Shown piece by piece: positions 56,128 through 64,000 of a stretch of 64,000 nucleotides of DNA. The translations under genes were made by a program, and so were the position numbers. The notes below the pieces were generated by a model. It saw nothing but the letters and a program-made list of their open reading frames with translations. It had not been told where the DNA came from and did not search any database. The DNA is from a virus. Each line of letters opens with the position of its first letter. Position 1 is the stretch's first letter. The stretch covers positions 32,001 to 96,000 of the IMG/VR virus record IMGVR_UViG_3300027714_000004. One strand, 5' to 3'.

Positions 56128-56538
56128 ATGAATCCAGTAAATATCGCAGGTCGCATCCGAGAGAAGAAACGCATCGAAGCGTATATCCATGCTATCGCGA
56201 AAGAGTTAGGTATTCACCGACTCTATAGCAAGGTTCTCCTTGTAACCTTCTCTACTAAACTCCCTGATGATGCCCAAGGTCTCTGCTGGGGTGACTATAA
56301 GAGTCACGCTGAGATCTCTATAGCCCGTACTTGTCAGGGTGAGGCATTCACCCTAGAAGAGATGATGCAGACCCTAGCGCACGAACTAGTTCACGCTAAA
56401 CAGTATCTTCGACGTGAACTGTGTGGTTACAGTTTTGCTTGGAAGGGACGTAAACCTCGCAACTACAAGTACGAGAACGCTCCTTGGGAGAAAGAGGCAT
56501 ACGGCCTAGAAGAAGAATTATTCAAAAAACACTGGTAA
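56128..56538 (+). CDS. HExxH zinc-metallopeptidase-like protein
   Basis: TLAHELVHAKQ..PWEKEAY. Confidence 0.75.
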   Translation: MNPVNIAGRIREKKRIEAYIHAIAKELGIHRLYSKVLLVTFSTKLPDDAQGLCWGDYKSHAEISIARTCQGEAFTLEEMMQTLAHELVHAKQYLRRELCGYSFAWKGRKPRNYKYENAPWEKEAYGLEEELFKKHW

Positions 56539-56544
56539 TAAGAT

Positions 56545-56736
56545 ATGAATCAAATAATGGAAGCGCACCAAGAACTGTTGGGTGATCTGGAACTAATCAT
56601 TGATACCCTATGCCATCCGGCTTACGAGACCTTTTCAGAAGAAGTTAAAGAGTCTATAACAAAAGAGCGCAATCGTCTGGAGATGTTACTCGAAGTTCTG
56701 GAAGAAGACCCGTTATATGAAAGGGGTTCTTTATAA
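56545..56736 (+). CDS. Hypothetical protein
   Basis: 63-aa ORF. Confidence 0.55.
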   Translation: MNQIMEAHQELLGDLELIIDTLCHPAYETFSEEVKESITKERNRLEMLLEVLEEDPLYERGSL

Positions 56737-56820
56737 CAAAATGGTCTAAAGAATATGTTGACTTTTGTTTAGGAAACAAGTATAATAGCTACATAAAGTC
56801 GAGTTGAGAGAGGAAATATT
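56732..56820 (+). promoter_or_regulatory. Early promoter cassette (near copy of the one at 35006)
   Basis: TATAACAAAATGGTCTA, TTGACT-17-TATAATAGCTACATAAAGTCGAGTTGAGAGAG. Confidence 0.85.
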
Positions 56821-57027
56821 ATGAAAGGTTTATTTGAAATAGTTTTTGGTGTTGCCGCGATGGTTGCCATTGGTTATGTCTTCGCTGCGCCGGGCATATG
56901 GGATACCCCTGATGTTCACTTCAGCAATCTGACACAAGAATGTGTGAAGGTTATCAATTACAAAACTGCTGACGTTTACAGCTGTACGAACCTTCCAGAC
57001 CTCTACACTCACGTGTGGGTGAGATAA
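56821..57027 (+). CDS. Membrane-anchored hypothetical protein
   Basis: N-terminal TM helix, two Cys. Confidence 0.65.
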   Translation: MKGLFEIVFGVAAMVAIGYVFAAPGIWDTPDVHFSNLTQECVKVINYKTADVYSCTNLPDLYTHVWVR

Positions 57028-57200
57028 TGGATATCCTACTTGAGGTTCTAGGGTGGTCTCTATTTAGTTTCCTTGCCTTCCTAATGTATATCAACCTTCA
57101 TATGGAAAACGAGAAACATGAACAAGAGAGACTTCCACTGATGTGGGAAGAAGGCGGGTTTTTGAATGATTTTTGGCAATGGCTAAAAAAGTTCAAATAA
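57027..57200 (+). CDS. Small membrane protein
   Basis: Coupled, TM helix. Confidence 0.6.
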   Translation: MDILLEVLGWSLFSFLAFLMYINLHMENEKHEQERLPLMWEEGGFLNDFWQWLKKFK

Positions 57201-57204
57201 TGCC

Positions 57205-57270
57205 TTGACTTTTGTTTCGAAAAGAAGTATAATAGGTACTTAGTTAATTGAGTTGAGAGAGAAAAAGATT
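57205..57270 (+). promoter_or_regulatory. Early promoter cassette
   Basis: TTGACT-17-TATAAT..GAGTTGAGAGAG. Confidence 0.8.
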
Positions 57271-57654
57271 ATGGCACATGTAACCCAAGAAGACAAAAAG
57301 AAGTTAGCCCCCCAAATCAAAGCTGTCTTGAAGAAGTACAAGATGAAAGGTAGCATTGCGGTTAAACACCACAGCACTTTAGTCTGTAACATTAAGAGCG
57401 GTGCGTTAGACATCCTCAAGGCAGCTGATGCTGCTCAGTACGGACGCGACTACATTCAAGTCAACCCTTACTGGATTAAAGACAACTACAACTGCCCGAC
57501 TGTTGTTGCGTTCTTGACTGAACTGAAAGCGGCAATGGAAGGAGAAGACTACTTCTGTGAAGACGACAGTCAGACTGACTACTTCTTCCGTAGCCACTAC
57601 ACCGATATCAACGTCGGAAACTACAACACTCCTTATGTATTGGATGCAGCGTAA
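57271..57654 (+). CDS. Hypothetical early protein
   Basis: QVNPYW..DSQTDYF..INVG. Confidence 0.75.
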   Translation: MAHVTQEDKKKLAPQIKAVLKKYKMKGSIAVKHHSTLVCNIKSGALDILKAADAAQYGRDYIQVNPYWIKDNYNCPTVVAFLTELKAAMEGEDYFCEDDSQTDYFFRSHYTDINVGNYNTPYVLDAA

Positions 57655-57821
57655 TGACTGATATGACTTTTCGTGCGTGGAGCAATCAGATGTGGTATGA
57701 TCATTGCGATGAGGTAGAGGTCTGGACTGGTAAACTTCCGAACTACACTGCTAAAGAATACTTTGTGAAGTATAAGTGGTTCCTGAAACGTGAATACCAG
57801 TACGCTAAAAAGTTAAAATAA
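57654..57821 (+). CDS. Small hypothetical protein
   Basis: Coupled 55-aa ORF. Confidence 0.6.
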   Translation: MTDMTFRAWSNQMWYDHCDEVEVWTGKLPNYTAKEYFVKYKWFLKREYQYAKKLK

Positions 57822-57824
57822 GCC

Positions 57825-57886
57825 TTGACAATTGTTTGTGAAACATGTATAATACTTGTATTGAATTGATAAAGAGAGAGATGATT
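57825..57886 (+). promoter_or_regulatory. Early promoter cassette
   Basis: TTGACA-17-TATAAT..AGAGAGAG. Confidence 0.75.
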
Positions 57887-58120
57887 ATGTTTTATGCGAA
57901 ACCAAAGATGACCAATCACCATGACGCAGCTTACTTCAACACCGTTACCGAAGCTGTTTCATTCCTAAACGAGTACAACCAGTTAGGCCCTGAACATGAG
58001 AGTGACGGATTTTCCAATAGTGTCGCTAAACTTCAAGCCGAAGACTTTTGGATGCTAGGTAAGTTGACTGGCCCAGAGGGTGTCCAGTTTAAGAATAACA
58101 AAGTAGTGGAGGTAGCGTAA
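57887..58120 (+). CDS. Hypothetical early protein
   Basis: ORF after cassette. Confidence 0.65.
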   Translation: MFYAKPKMTNHHDAAYFNTVTEAVSFLNEYNQLGPEHESDGFSNSVAKLQAEDFWMLGKLTGPEGVQFKNNKVVEVA

Positions 58121-58121
58121 C

Positions 58122-58439
58122 ATGGGTATGATTGCTGAGATTTTTCGTTCTGATATGAGTGACTGTTCTAACGGTGGTATGAGTTCACAGTACACTGCGG
58201 TGACTGTAGTGAATGTTGATGGCCCGTTCGAACCTACTGTTGGTCGACCTGCCGTTGAGATAGTTAAAGGGTACCTAGAAGGTACATGTCACATTCGTCC
58301 AGTTTACTTAGCGGAAGACCGTCCTATGATGGGTGGTACTTATATCGCGACATCAGATAGTCGATTCAATGAAAAGGTTAGAGAGATAACTGGTGGACGA
58401 CACGCTGGTGCGGTTCCTTTCCACGATAGGTCTGAATAA
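58122..58439 (+). CDS. Hypothetical protein
   Basis: GGAGG RBS, DCSNGGMS..MGG..SDSRF..HDR. Confidence 0.75.
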   Translation: MGMIAEIFRSDMSDCSNGGMSSQYTAVTVVNVDGPFEPTVGRPAVEIVKGYLEGTCHIRPVYLAEDRPMMGGTYIATSDSRFNEKVREITGGRHAGAVPFHDRSE

Positions 58440-58699
58440 TGTTAAAACATAATGATTCCTCGACTGAACTGTTAACCATCTTACAAGAAGAATGTGCAGA
58501 GGTTATTGTAGAAGTTTCCAAAATAAAACGATTCGGTCAAGATCAACAGAACATTGACCGTCTCGCCAAAGAAGTGGGTGACTTAGTCTGTATGATTGAG
58601 TTGCTCCAAGAATGGGAAGTGGTATCTTATAGTGCGGTTGAAGATGCACGTCAAGAGAAGCTTCTTAAACTTGCCAAGTGGTCTGACCTTCCTTTATGA
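58439..58699 (+). CDS. MazG-like helical protein
   Basis: QEECAEV..KEVGDL. Confidence 0.65.
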   Translation: MLKHNDSSTELLTILQEECAEVIVEVSKIKRFGQDQQNIDRLAKEVGDLVCMIELLQEWEVVSYSAVEDARQEKLLKLAKWSDLPL

Positions 58700-58713
58700 T
58701 TCGGAGAACTGAT

Positions 58714-58866
58714 ATGTCAAAGAAAACATCTGTAACAAGATCCAATCCGGTCGCGAAGTACGCGTCGAAGGTCAATCGTGCCGCTACTCACATGGATAGG
58801 AAGAAAGAATCCAAGAAGCAGGGGCAGTACTCTAAAGAAGAACTATATCCTAATAACGGATTTTAA
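58714..58866 (+). CDS. Small basic protein
   Basis: GGAG RBS, NPVAKY..HMDRKK. Confidence 0.6.
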   Translation: MSKKTSVTRSNPVAKYASKVNRAATHMDRKKESKKQGQYSKEELYPNNGF

Positions 58867-58908
58867 TTCTTCTTGCCCCTTGACACAAACCATATAATAA
58901 GGTATAAT

Positions 58909-59142
58909 ATGTCCATATCAAAAGAAGTACGTTATGCAATGATTCGACGAGCAGCACTGAAGATTCAAAAGCATAATAAGCACAGTAAGATTATTAAATC
59001 AAATAAACGTCTTGCTGATGAAGTAGTAAGTCTTGATCGACAGGACTATAAGTCGAACGTACGTTGGAGTGACGAAGAGAGATATGTTGATGCTCACTTC
59101 TCCGATGTACATAAAGCCACCCAAAATAAGGATTGGAATTAA
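58909..59142 (+). CDS. Hypothetical protein
   Basis: ORF present, start uncertain. Confidence 0.55.
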   Translation: MSISKEVRYAMIRRAALKIQKHNKHSKIIKSNKRLADEVVSLDRQDYKSNVRWSDEERYVDAHFSDVHKATQNKDWN

Positions 59143-59438
59143 TGTCTGAAGTACCAACAAACCTAATTGACCTAGGTCAATATCCGAAGAACGATGTAGA
59201 ACTGATCGCACGAGAGTTCCTACGTTGTGTCTACTTGGATACTCTAGATCTCTACGTCAAAGACTATTCAAGTCTAGGCGAAGATGATGAGTCGCGTAAG
59301 AATGTTATCGCTAGTCTGCAAGCTTTTGAATATACAATTTCCGTATTAGACGGTAATCAAGACTTCCTTGATGCTATCCATACAGAAGCAGAAGCTGCTG
59401 CAGCTAAACCAGAAGATGAAGAATTTGAACGTTTCTAA
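59142..59438 (+). CDS. Hypothetical protein
   Basis: Coupled ORF. Confidence 0.6.
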   Translation: MSEVPTNLIDLGQYPKNDVELIAREFLRCVYLDTLDLYVKDYSSLGEDDESRKNVIASLQAFEYTISVLDGNQDFLDAIHTEAEAAAAKPEDEEFERF

Positions 59439-59448
59439 GGAGAAACAC

Positions 59449-59721
59449 ATGTATAGTTATGATAAAGTAATTGAACAATTGAAGACCAATGTACTTCAGG
59501 TTACCTTTGACAAGGTAAATGGAGAGCGAAGAATTATGCCATGTACCCTACAGATTGATTACATGACTGACCCTTCCAAAGAATTGTCCGAGTCTAAAGT
59601 AAGCCAAGTAGAGTCCAAGTCGGTGAATAAATCTGTCATCCGTGCATTCGCAATTGATAAGCAATCTTGGAGATCTTTCCGAGTTGACAATATCTCAGCG
59701 ATTGAGGTAATAAATGGATGA
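59449..59721 (+). CDS. Small SH3/WYL-like beta-barrel protein
   Basis: VTFDKVNGERRIMPCTL..WRSFRVD. Confidence 0.7.
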   Translation: MYSYDKVIEQLKTNVLQVTFDKVNGERRIMPCTLQIDYMTDPSKELSESKVSQVESKSVNKSVIRAFAIDKQSWRSFRVDNISAIEVING

Positions 59722-59953
59722 ATTAAAACTCGAAGATAAACTGATCACCAAGAAGTCCTTCTCTTCTATGACAGAGAGTTTCGTGTTCCGGAACAGAATG
59801 ACCTATATGGATACTATAGTACATCTATGTGAAAAGAATAACCTAGAGTTAGAAGATGTTAAAAAATACTTGTCTACCACAATTGTGGAACATCTAGAAA
59901 GTGAAGCACGTCAGTTGAATTTCCTGCCAAAACAGAATCAACTAGACGTATAA
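59714..59953 (+). CDS. 33: Late transcription coactivator gp33
   Basis: YMDTIVHLCEKNNLELE..EARQLNFL, upstream of gene 32. Confidence 0.85.
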   Translation: MDELKLEDKLITKKSFSSMTESFVFRNRMTYMDTIVHLCEKNNLELEDVKKYLSTTIVEHLESEARQLNFLPKQNQLDV

Positions 59954-60032
59954 GTAGTACTGCCCTTATGGGTAATCTCATACATTGTTTATACATTGTT
60001 TATATTTAAGTTAATATTATTAAGGAAGTTTT

Positions 60033-60977
60033 ATGTCTTTTGCAAACCTCAAGTCCAAGTCTATGGACATCTCAAAGCTAGTCACCGCTGCAAACGTAGC
60101 AACCGGACAAGCAAGTAACACAAACAAATATCAAGACGATCGCAAGTGGAAGCCTACTGTTGATGAACAGGGTAATGGCTACGCAGTTATTCGTTTTCTT
60201 CCTGCTACTGAAGGTCAAGATCTTCCGTGGGTACGCTACTGGGATCACGCCTTTAAAGGTATTACCGGACAGTGGTACATCGAACGTTCATTGACTACAC
60301 TAGGTCAGAACGATCCATTAGGTGAGTTGAACTCTCGTCTATGGAACTCAGGTATCGAAGAAGACAAGGAAACTGCACGTAAGCAGAAGCGCCGTCTGCA
60401 CTACGTTACTAACATCCAAGTTATTAACGACCCCGCAAACCCTGCCAACAACGGTAAGGTAATGATCTACGAGTTCGGTAAGAAGATCTTTGATAAGATC
60501 ATGGATCAGATGCAACCAGAATTTCCTGGCGAGACTCCGGTCAATCCTTTCGACTTCTGGACAGGTGCTGATTTCGAACTGAAGATTCGTAAAGTTGCGG
60601 GTTACAGAAACTATGATAAGTCGGACTTCAAGTCGCCTTCTGCATTCCTAGGATCAGATGAGACTCAGTTGGAATCAGTGTATAACTCACTGTATGACTT
60701 AAACGAGTTCATTATCCCCAACTACCCGAACGCGTTTGACTCGAACTGGTTCAAGTCTTATGACGATCTCAAGTCTAAGTTGGAAACTGTACTAGGTCTT
60801 GCGACTGGTGCTGGGTCAACACTGAAGAACGAAGCATTAGCACAGACTGCTGAAGCTGCTCCGATTCGATCAGCAGTTGAACCTACTGTTGTCGCTGCTG
60901 CTCCTGCTGCGGTTGCTGCTGTCGCAGAAGAAGATGACACACTGTCTTACTTCGCGCAGATGGCTGCCGAAGATTAA
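60033..60977 (+). CDS. 32: ssDNA-binding protein gp32
   Basis: DDRKWKP, GYAVIRFLP, FGKKIFDKI, NYDKS, acidic tail. Confidence 0.96.
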   Translation: MSFANLKSKSMDISKLVTAANVATGQASNTNKYQDDRKWKPTVDEQGNGYAVIRFLPATEGQDLPWVRYWDHAFKGITGQWYIERSLTTLGQNDPLGELNSRLWNSGIEEDKETARKQKRRLHYVTNIQVINDPANPANNGKVMIYEFGKKIFDKIMDQMQPEFPGETPVNPFDFWTGADFELKIRKVAGYRNYDKSDFKSPSAFLGSDETQLESVYNSLYDLNEFIIPNYPNAFDSNWFKSYDDLKSKLETVLGLATGAGSTLKNEALAQTAEAAPIRSAVEPTVVAAAPAAVAAVAEEDDTLSYFAQMAAED

Positions 60978-61002
60978 TAATCCCAGTGTAGTGTGAAACC
61001 GG

Positions 61003-61030
61003 AAAGGGACTCGAAAGAGTCCCTTTTTTT
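61003..61030 (+). terminator. Intrinsic terminator (likely bidirectional)
   Basis: AAAGGGACTC-GAAA-GAGTCCCTTT with T-tract. Confidence 0.9.
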
Positions 61031-62531
61031 ATACTGATCTTCCTTGGTCGAAGGGATCCGCAGAATTATTCGAAGCTACGAGTACAGGGGCAGGAGCACT
61101 AGCAGCAGGTGCCGCAGATGTTCTAGAACTATTATCCATCATGACGATGTTAGCAGTCGCTTTAACTACATCGTTCTCCTTGACTGCACTATTTAACTGA
61201 TTTGATCCAGTTGGTTTGTTGGTTGCTCCCGCCGCAGAAATATCGTCCTTACCATTGAGAAGGTAATCCAACCCCTTTCCAGACTCACCCCCCGAACCGA
61301 TCAATATCGCTAAGTTCGCAAAGGAGAATACTTCCTTAGCTCTTTTAAATACTCTAGCCATCATTTCGGTCATATTGGTGAAGACTTCTTTCATAAACTC
61401 TACTGGCGAATCTATGAAGTTTGCAATACCTTCTTTAATAGACTCGTACGCTGCACCGAAACTGAATGAGTCTAAGAACGCCGAGAATTTCTTGAATCCG
61501 AGTTTTTCGGATACCCAAGAGATTGCGTCCTTAACCATATCCGCAAGGTCGACAACAAAGAATTTTAATAGGTCGTCTATGATATTTTTGAGCGTACCGA
61601 AACCAAATTCACCGGACATTAAATCACTAACAATATTCTTACCTACGATGAATGCAGCTGCTAGAGGGGCGAATATTTTTGATACTAGTTTAAAAACTGA
61701 CCCAAAGGTTTTCGCGAAAGAACCAAATTTAGTTCCTAGTTTCTGAAAGAACTCCATCACCTTTGCGATAGGGCCAGTAGTTTTACTTCCTCCTGCAAAG
61801 GAAAGGGTTTTCCCCAGAACTTCGAAGGGTTTCATGAATGACTTAAATCTCTCGCTCACCTTCGCTATAACTTGACCTAACTTACTTTCGGTGAACATGA
61901 CCTTTAACTTAGTTCCCCATCCAGATATCATTTTACCGACAAAGGTGAAACCCTCTCTTACTTTACCGAGTCCAGTCATGAATACTTGTGTTATCGCCTT
62001 TCCGATTTCGATAGGGAATTTTACGATCTTGGATATGAATTTAGGTGTCAGGAACTTGATAATCGCACCTAACGGTTTGAATAGTCCTGATATAGATCCT
62101 GCAAGAGTACCCATTGCAACTGCCGCAAGAGATGCGAACAGTCCTAATCTAGTTAGCATCTCCGATGGTTTGTCGTCTTTCTTCGGGTCGTCCTCTTCCT
62201 TCGAGGCACCTATATTTTGAATAGCTTCCAACAGGGAACTTTGCCAGATCTTAGTTTCGTTTCTACTTTCCAGATCATCTCCGGATGTATTAGATCCACC
62301 TTTAGATAGGTTTCTACGGATGTAACCAAGATGACCAAACATCTGACTCAGAAGATTCTCGCTACGACCCACGCGCATAACGACATTTTCCATGACACCT
62401 TTCAGTGCCTCAGAATTGCTGGTCTGTACCTTAGTCTGGTTTTCTTGCCCGTCAATAAGCACTTTACTTTGTACGGACTGTCCATCGCGGACAGATTCTA
62501 GTTTACCAGATACTTCTTTGAGAGTTGCCAT
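61029..62531 (-). CDS. Tape-measure-like / baseplate hub (gp29-like) protein
   Basis: Long amphipathic helical repeats with periodic F/K/G, follows gp26/gp51. Confidence 0.6.
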   Translation of the reverse strand: MATLKEVSGKLESVRDGQSVQSKVLIDGQENQTKVQTSNSEALKGVMENVVMRVGRSENLLSQMFGHLGYIRRNLSKGGSNTSGDDLESRNETKIWQSSLLEAIQNIGASKEEDDPKKDDKPSEMLTRLGLFASLAAVAMGTLAGSISGLFKPLGAIIKFLTPKFISKIVKFPIEIGKAITQVFMTGLGKVREGFTFVGKMISGWGTKLKVMFTESKLGQVIAKVSERFKSFMKPFEVLGKTLSFAGGSKTTGPIAKVMEFFQKLGTKFGSFAKTFGSVFKLVSKIFAPLAAAFIVGKNIVSDLMSGEFGFGTLKNIIDDLLKFFVVDLADMVKDAISWVSEKLGFKKFSAFLDSFSFGAAYESIKEGIANFIDSPVEFMKEVFTNMTEMMARVFKRAKEVFSFANLAILIGSGGESGKGLDYLLNGKDDISAAGATNKPTGSNQLNSAVKENDVVKATANIVMMDNSSRTSAAPAASAPAPVLVASNNSADPFDQGRSV

Positions 62532-62534
62532 ATC

Positions 62535-62723
62535 TTACCCTTGTTGTTTTGCTCTTTCGTTTTTCTCTTTGATGTCTTCTATCAACATCGTCAAGTAAAT
62601 CTCTCTCTCCCACGGAATCATTGTTTCGACCTCTTCCAACGAGTAACTAAAATTATTAAGAAGCTGGAAGTTAACCTGATAGTAATTCATCAGGTTATCG
62701 TGAGAGAGATTAACTAAAAAAAA
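62535..62723 (-). CDS. 51: Baseplate hub assembly protein gp51-like, probably expressed by frameshift from gp26
   Basis: LSHDNLMNYYQVNFQL..YSLEEVETMIPWEREIY. The only ATG (62690) lacks an RBS. Confidence 0.75.
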   Translation of the reverse strand, partial: FFLVNLSHDNLMNYYQVNFQLLNNFSYSLEEVETMIPWEREIYLTMLIEDIKEKNERAKQQG

Positions 62724-63421
62724 TCGTCCATCCCCTTCAATGTTCTTTCGTTCTTGTGGGAGCAAGACGTACATTCAAATTCTATTGTTTGTGTTACTGA
62801 AGGTACCGAACTAATGAAGTTGGTGATCTTCTCGAACTGTTCTGAAGACATCGAATCTATGAATCCCATGACCTCTTCCTTGGACTCATCTTTCATAGAA
62901 ATTCTTTCTTCTTCGGTTAAGACTGAGTCGATACATGCTATGGAGAGCTGTAACATACTTTCCATTTCTGACTTTGAATCTAACAGGGTATCATTCGACA
63001 AGAAATCTTCGTATGATGGGTACTTCATCTTGATAGATATTTTATCGTTGAGTGCAATTACGCTATCTACAACTTCCCCTACTACTTCGACCTTGTCTAT
63101 ATCAACTTTGACTTCGTTCTCGGTTTCACATTCAGAGCATTTAGCATTTATATCTGCTGACTCACCGACAGATTTTGCACGTATCTTAGTGAATAGGTAA
63201 TCTACATCGAAAGTTGCCAAAGTTCCTTTAATAGGTTCTTCTATACAAGCTTCAATAGTATTCACCACAGAACGCAACATGTCCTTACGGTCTTGTGTTT
63301 CGTATGCGATCATCAGTGCTTTCTGTTCTTTAACTAGGAAGGGACGAAAGGTCGTCTGCTGTCCAGTTGATGGTACGGTAACAGTATAACTTGGGGTATC
63401 ATTCAGTTTTGGTAATGCCAT
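62714..63421 (-). CDS. 26: Baseplate hub assembly protein gp26-like
   Basis: MALPKL..FRPFLVKEQK..IRAKSVGE, two CxxC, ends GMDDFF. Confidence 0.9.
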   Translation of the reverse strand: MALPKLNDTPSYTVTVPSTGQQTTFRPFLVKEQKALMIAYETQDRKDMLRSVVNTIEACIEEPIKGTLATFDVDYLFTKIRAKSVGESADINAKCSECETENEVKVDIDKVEVVGEVVDSVIALNDKISIKMKYPSYEDFLSNDTLLDSKSEMESMLQLSIACIDSVLTEEERISMKDESKEEVMGFIDSMSSEQFEKITNFISSVPSVTQTIEFECTSCSHKNERTLKGMDDFF

Positions 63422-63443
63422 GATTTATCCTATAATGTAATAA

Positions 63444-64000
63444 TTAAATATATTTTCCGAGATTGAGACTTATCTTGGGTTTTATCAGTTCTCTTTCATC
63501 CTTCACTACTTTCCATTTGGTGTAGGACAATTGTACCGAGAATTCTACTAGTTGGTCTGCTTCGTTAGACAAAGAGATCGCGTTCAATGATGTTGGGAAC
63601 GCATCTTCTAGTTCTACTGAGTATATAGAACTTCCTAATATATCGAAATCTATACTCAGTGGGCCGAGATCGAATCCGATCCTCATCTGAGGTTTGACAA
63701 GTTGATGTAAGGTGACCTTCTTCTGGTACTGATCCTTATATGCAATATTGCCTCTCTCTTCGTCAATCATCAACGATGTCCACTCGTCGAAGTACTTCTT
63801 CACGCCATAGTCGTTTAACATAATGAAGGTAAGGTTAACGTCCTCCATTAGAAACCCGTTAACGACCTTTTCATTGTACACTCCGACATTCCAATCAAGG
63901 GTTGTCAGTTGCTTGCCGGGCAGGTCAATAGACTTACATAGGACGTTAATGTCACGCCCACCCATGTCTTCTGTCAATGACGGTAAACCAATAGCAAACT
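63444..64000 (-). CDS. Tail-tube-fold baseplate protein (gp54-like), start outside window
   Basis: LCKSIDLPGK..YFDEW..LEDAFPTSL..FSVQLSY. Confidence 0.75.
   Translation of the reverse strand, partial: FAIGLPSLTEDMGGRDINVLCKSIDLPGKQLTTLDWNVGVYNEKVVNGFLMEDVNLTFIMLNDYGVKKYFDEWTSLMIDEERGNIAYKDQYQKKVTLHQLVKPQMRIGFDLGPLSIDFDILGSSIYSVELEDAFPTSLNAISLSNEADQLVEFSVQLSYTKWKVVKDERELIKPKISLNLGKYI

Noticed and set aside
61375-63200. Plus-strand ORFs over the baseplate genes
   Set aside because: Antisense shadows of recognisable minus-strand genes.

Overview
This is a 64-kb segment of a T4-like myovirus genome, probably a marine phage of a proteobacterial host (inferred from TTGACA/TATAAT early promoters, TATAAATA late promoters and gene content). 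In order it holds: (1) a replication block (gp43 polymerase, AEP-type primase-like gene, two nucleotide-sugar enzymes, UvsX, gp41 helicase, DsbA); (2) a tRNA region with 7 tRNAs, a repeat-rich fibre gene, GroES, a di-heme MauG-type cytochrome lipoprotein and three unexplained structured non-coding stretches; (3) a block of late proteins sharing a T4 internal-protein-like N-terminal signal; (4) class Ia ribonucleotide reductase with a glutaredoxin inside NrdA; (5) two arrays of small early genes behind 13 related promoter cassettes with three kinds of upstream palindrome; (6) a late glycan-tailoring cluster; (7) gp33, gp32 and the minus-strand gp54/gp26/gp51/tape-measure-like genes. The best leads are a probable programmed -1 frameshift fusing gp26 to gp51 just upstream of the tape-measure-like gene (lambda G/GT logic), a 6S-like rod RNA and a ~195-nt multibranch RNA among the tRNAs, a putative capsid-packaged enzyme set (ligase-fold protein, kinase, nucleotidyltransferase, nuclease), the MauG-like lipoprotein, and helically phased operators. 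All calls come from reading motifs by eye. No database search or folding program was run.
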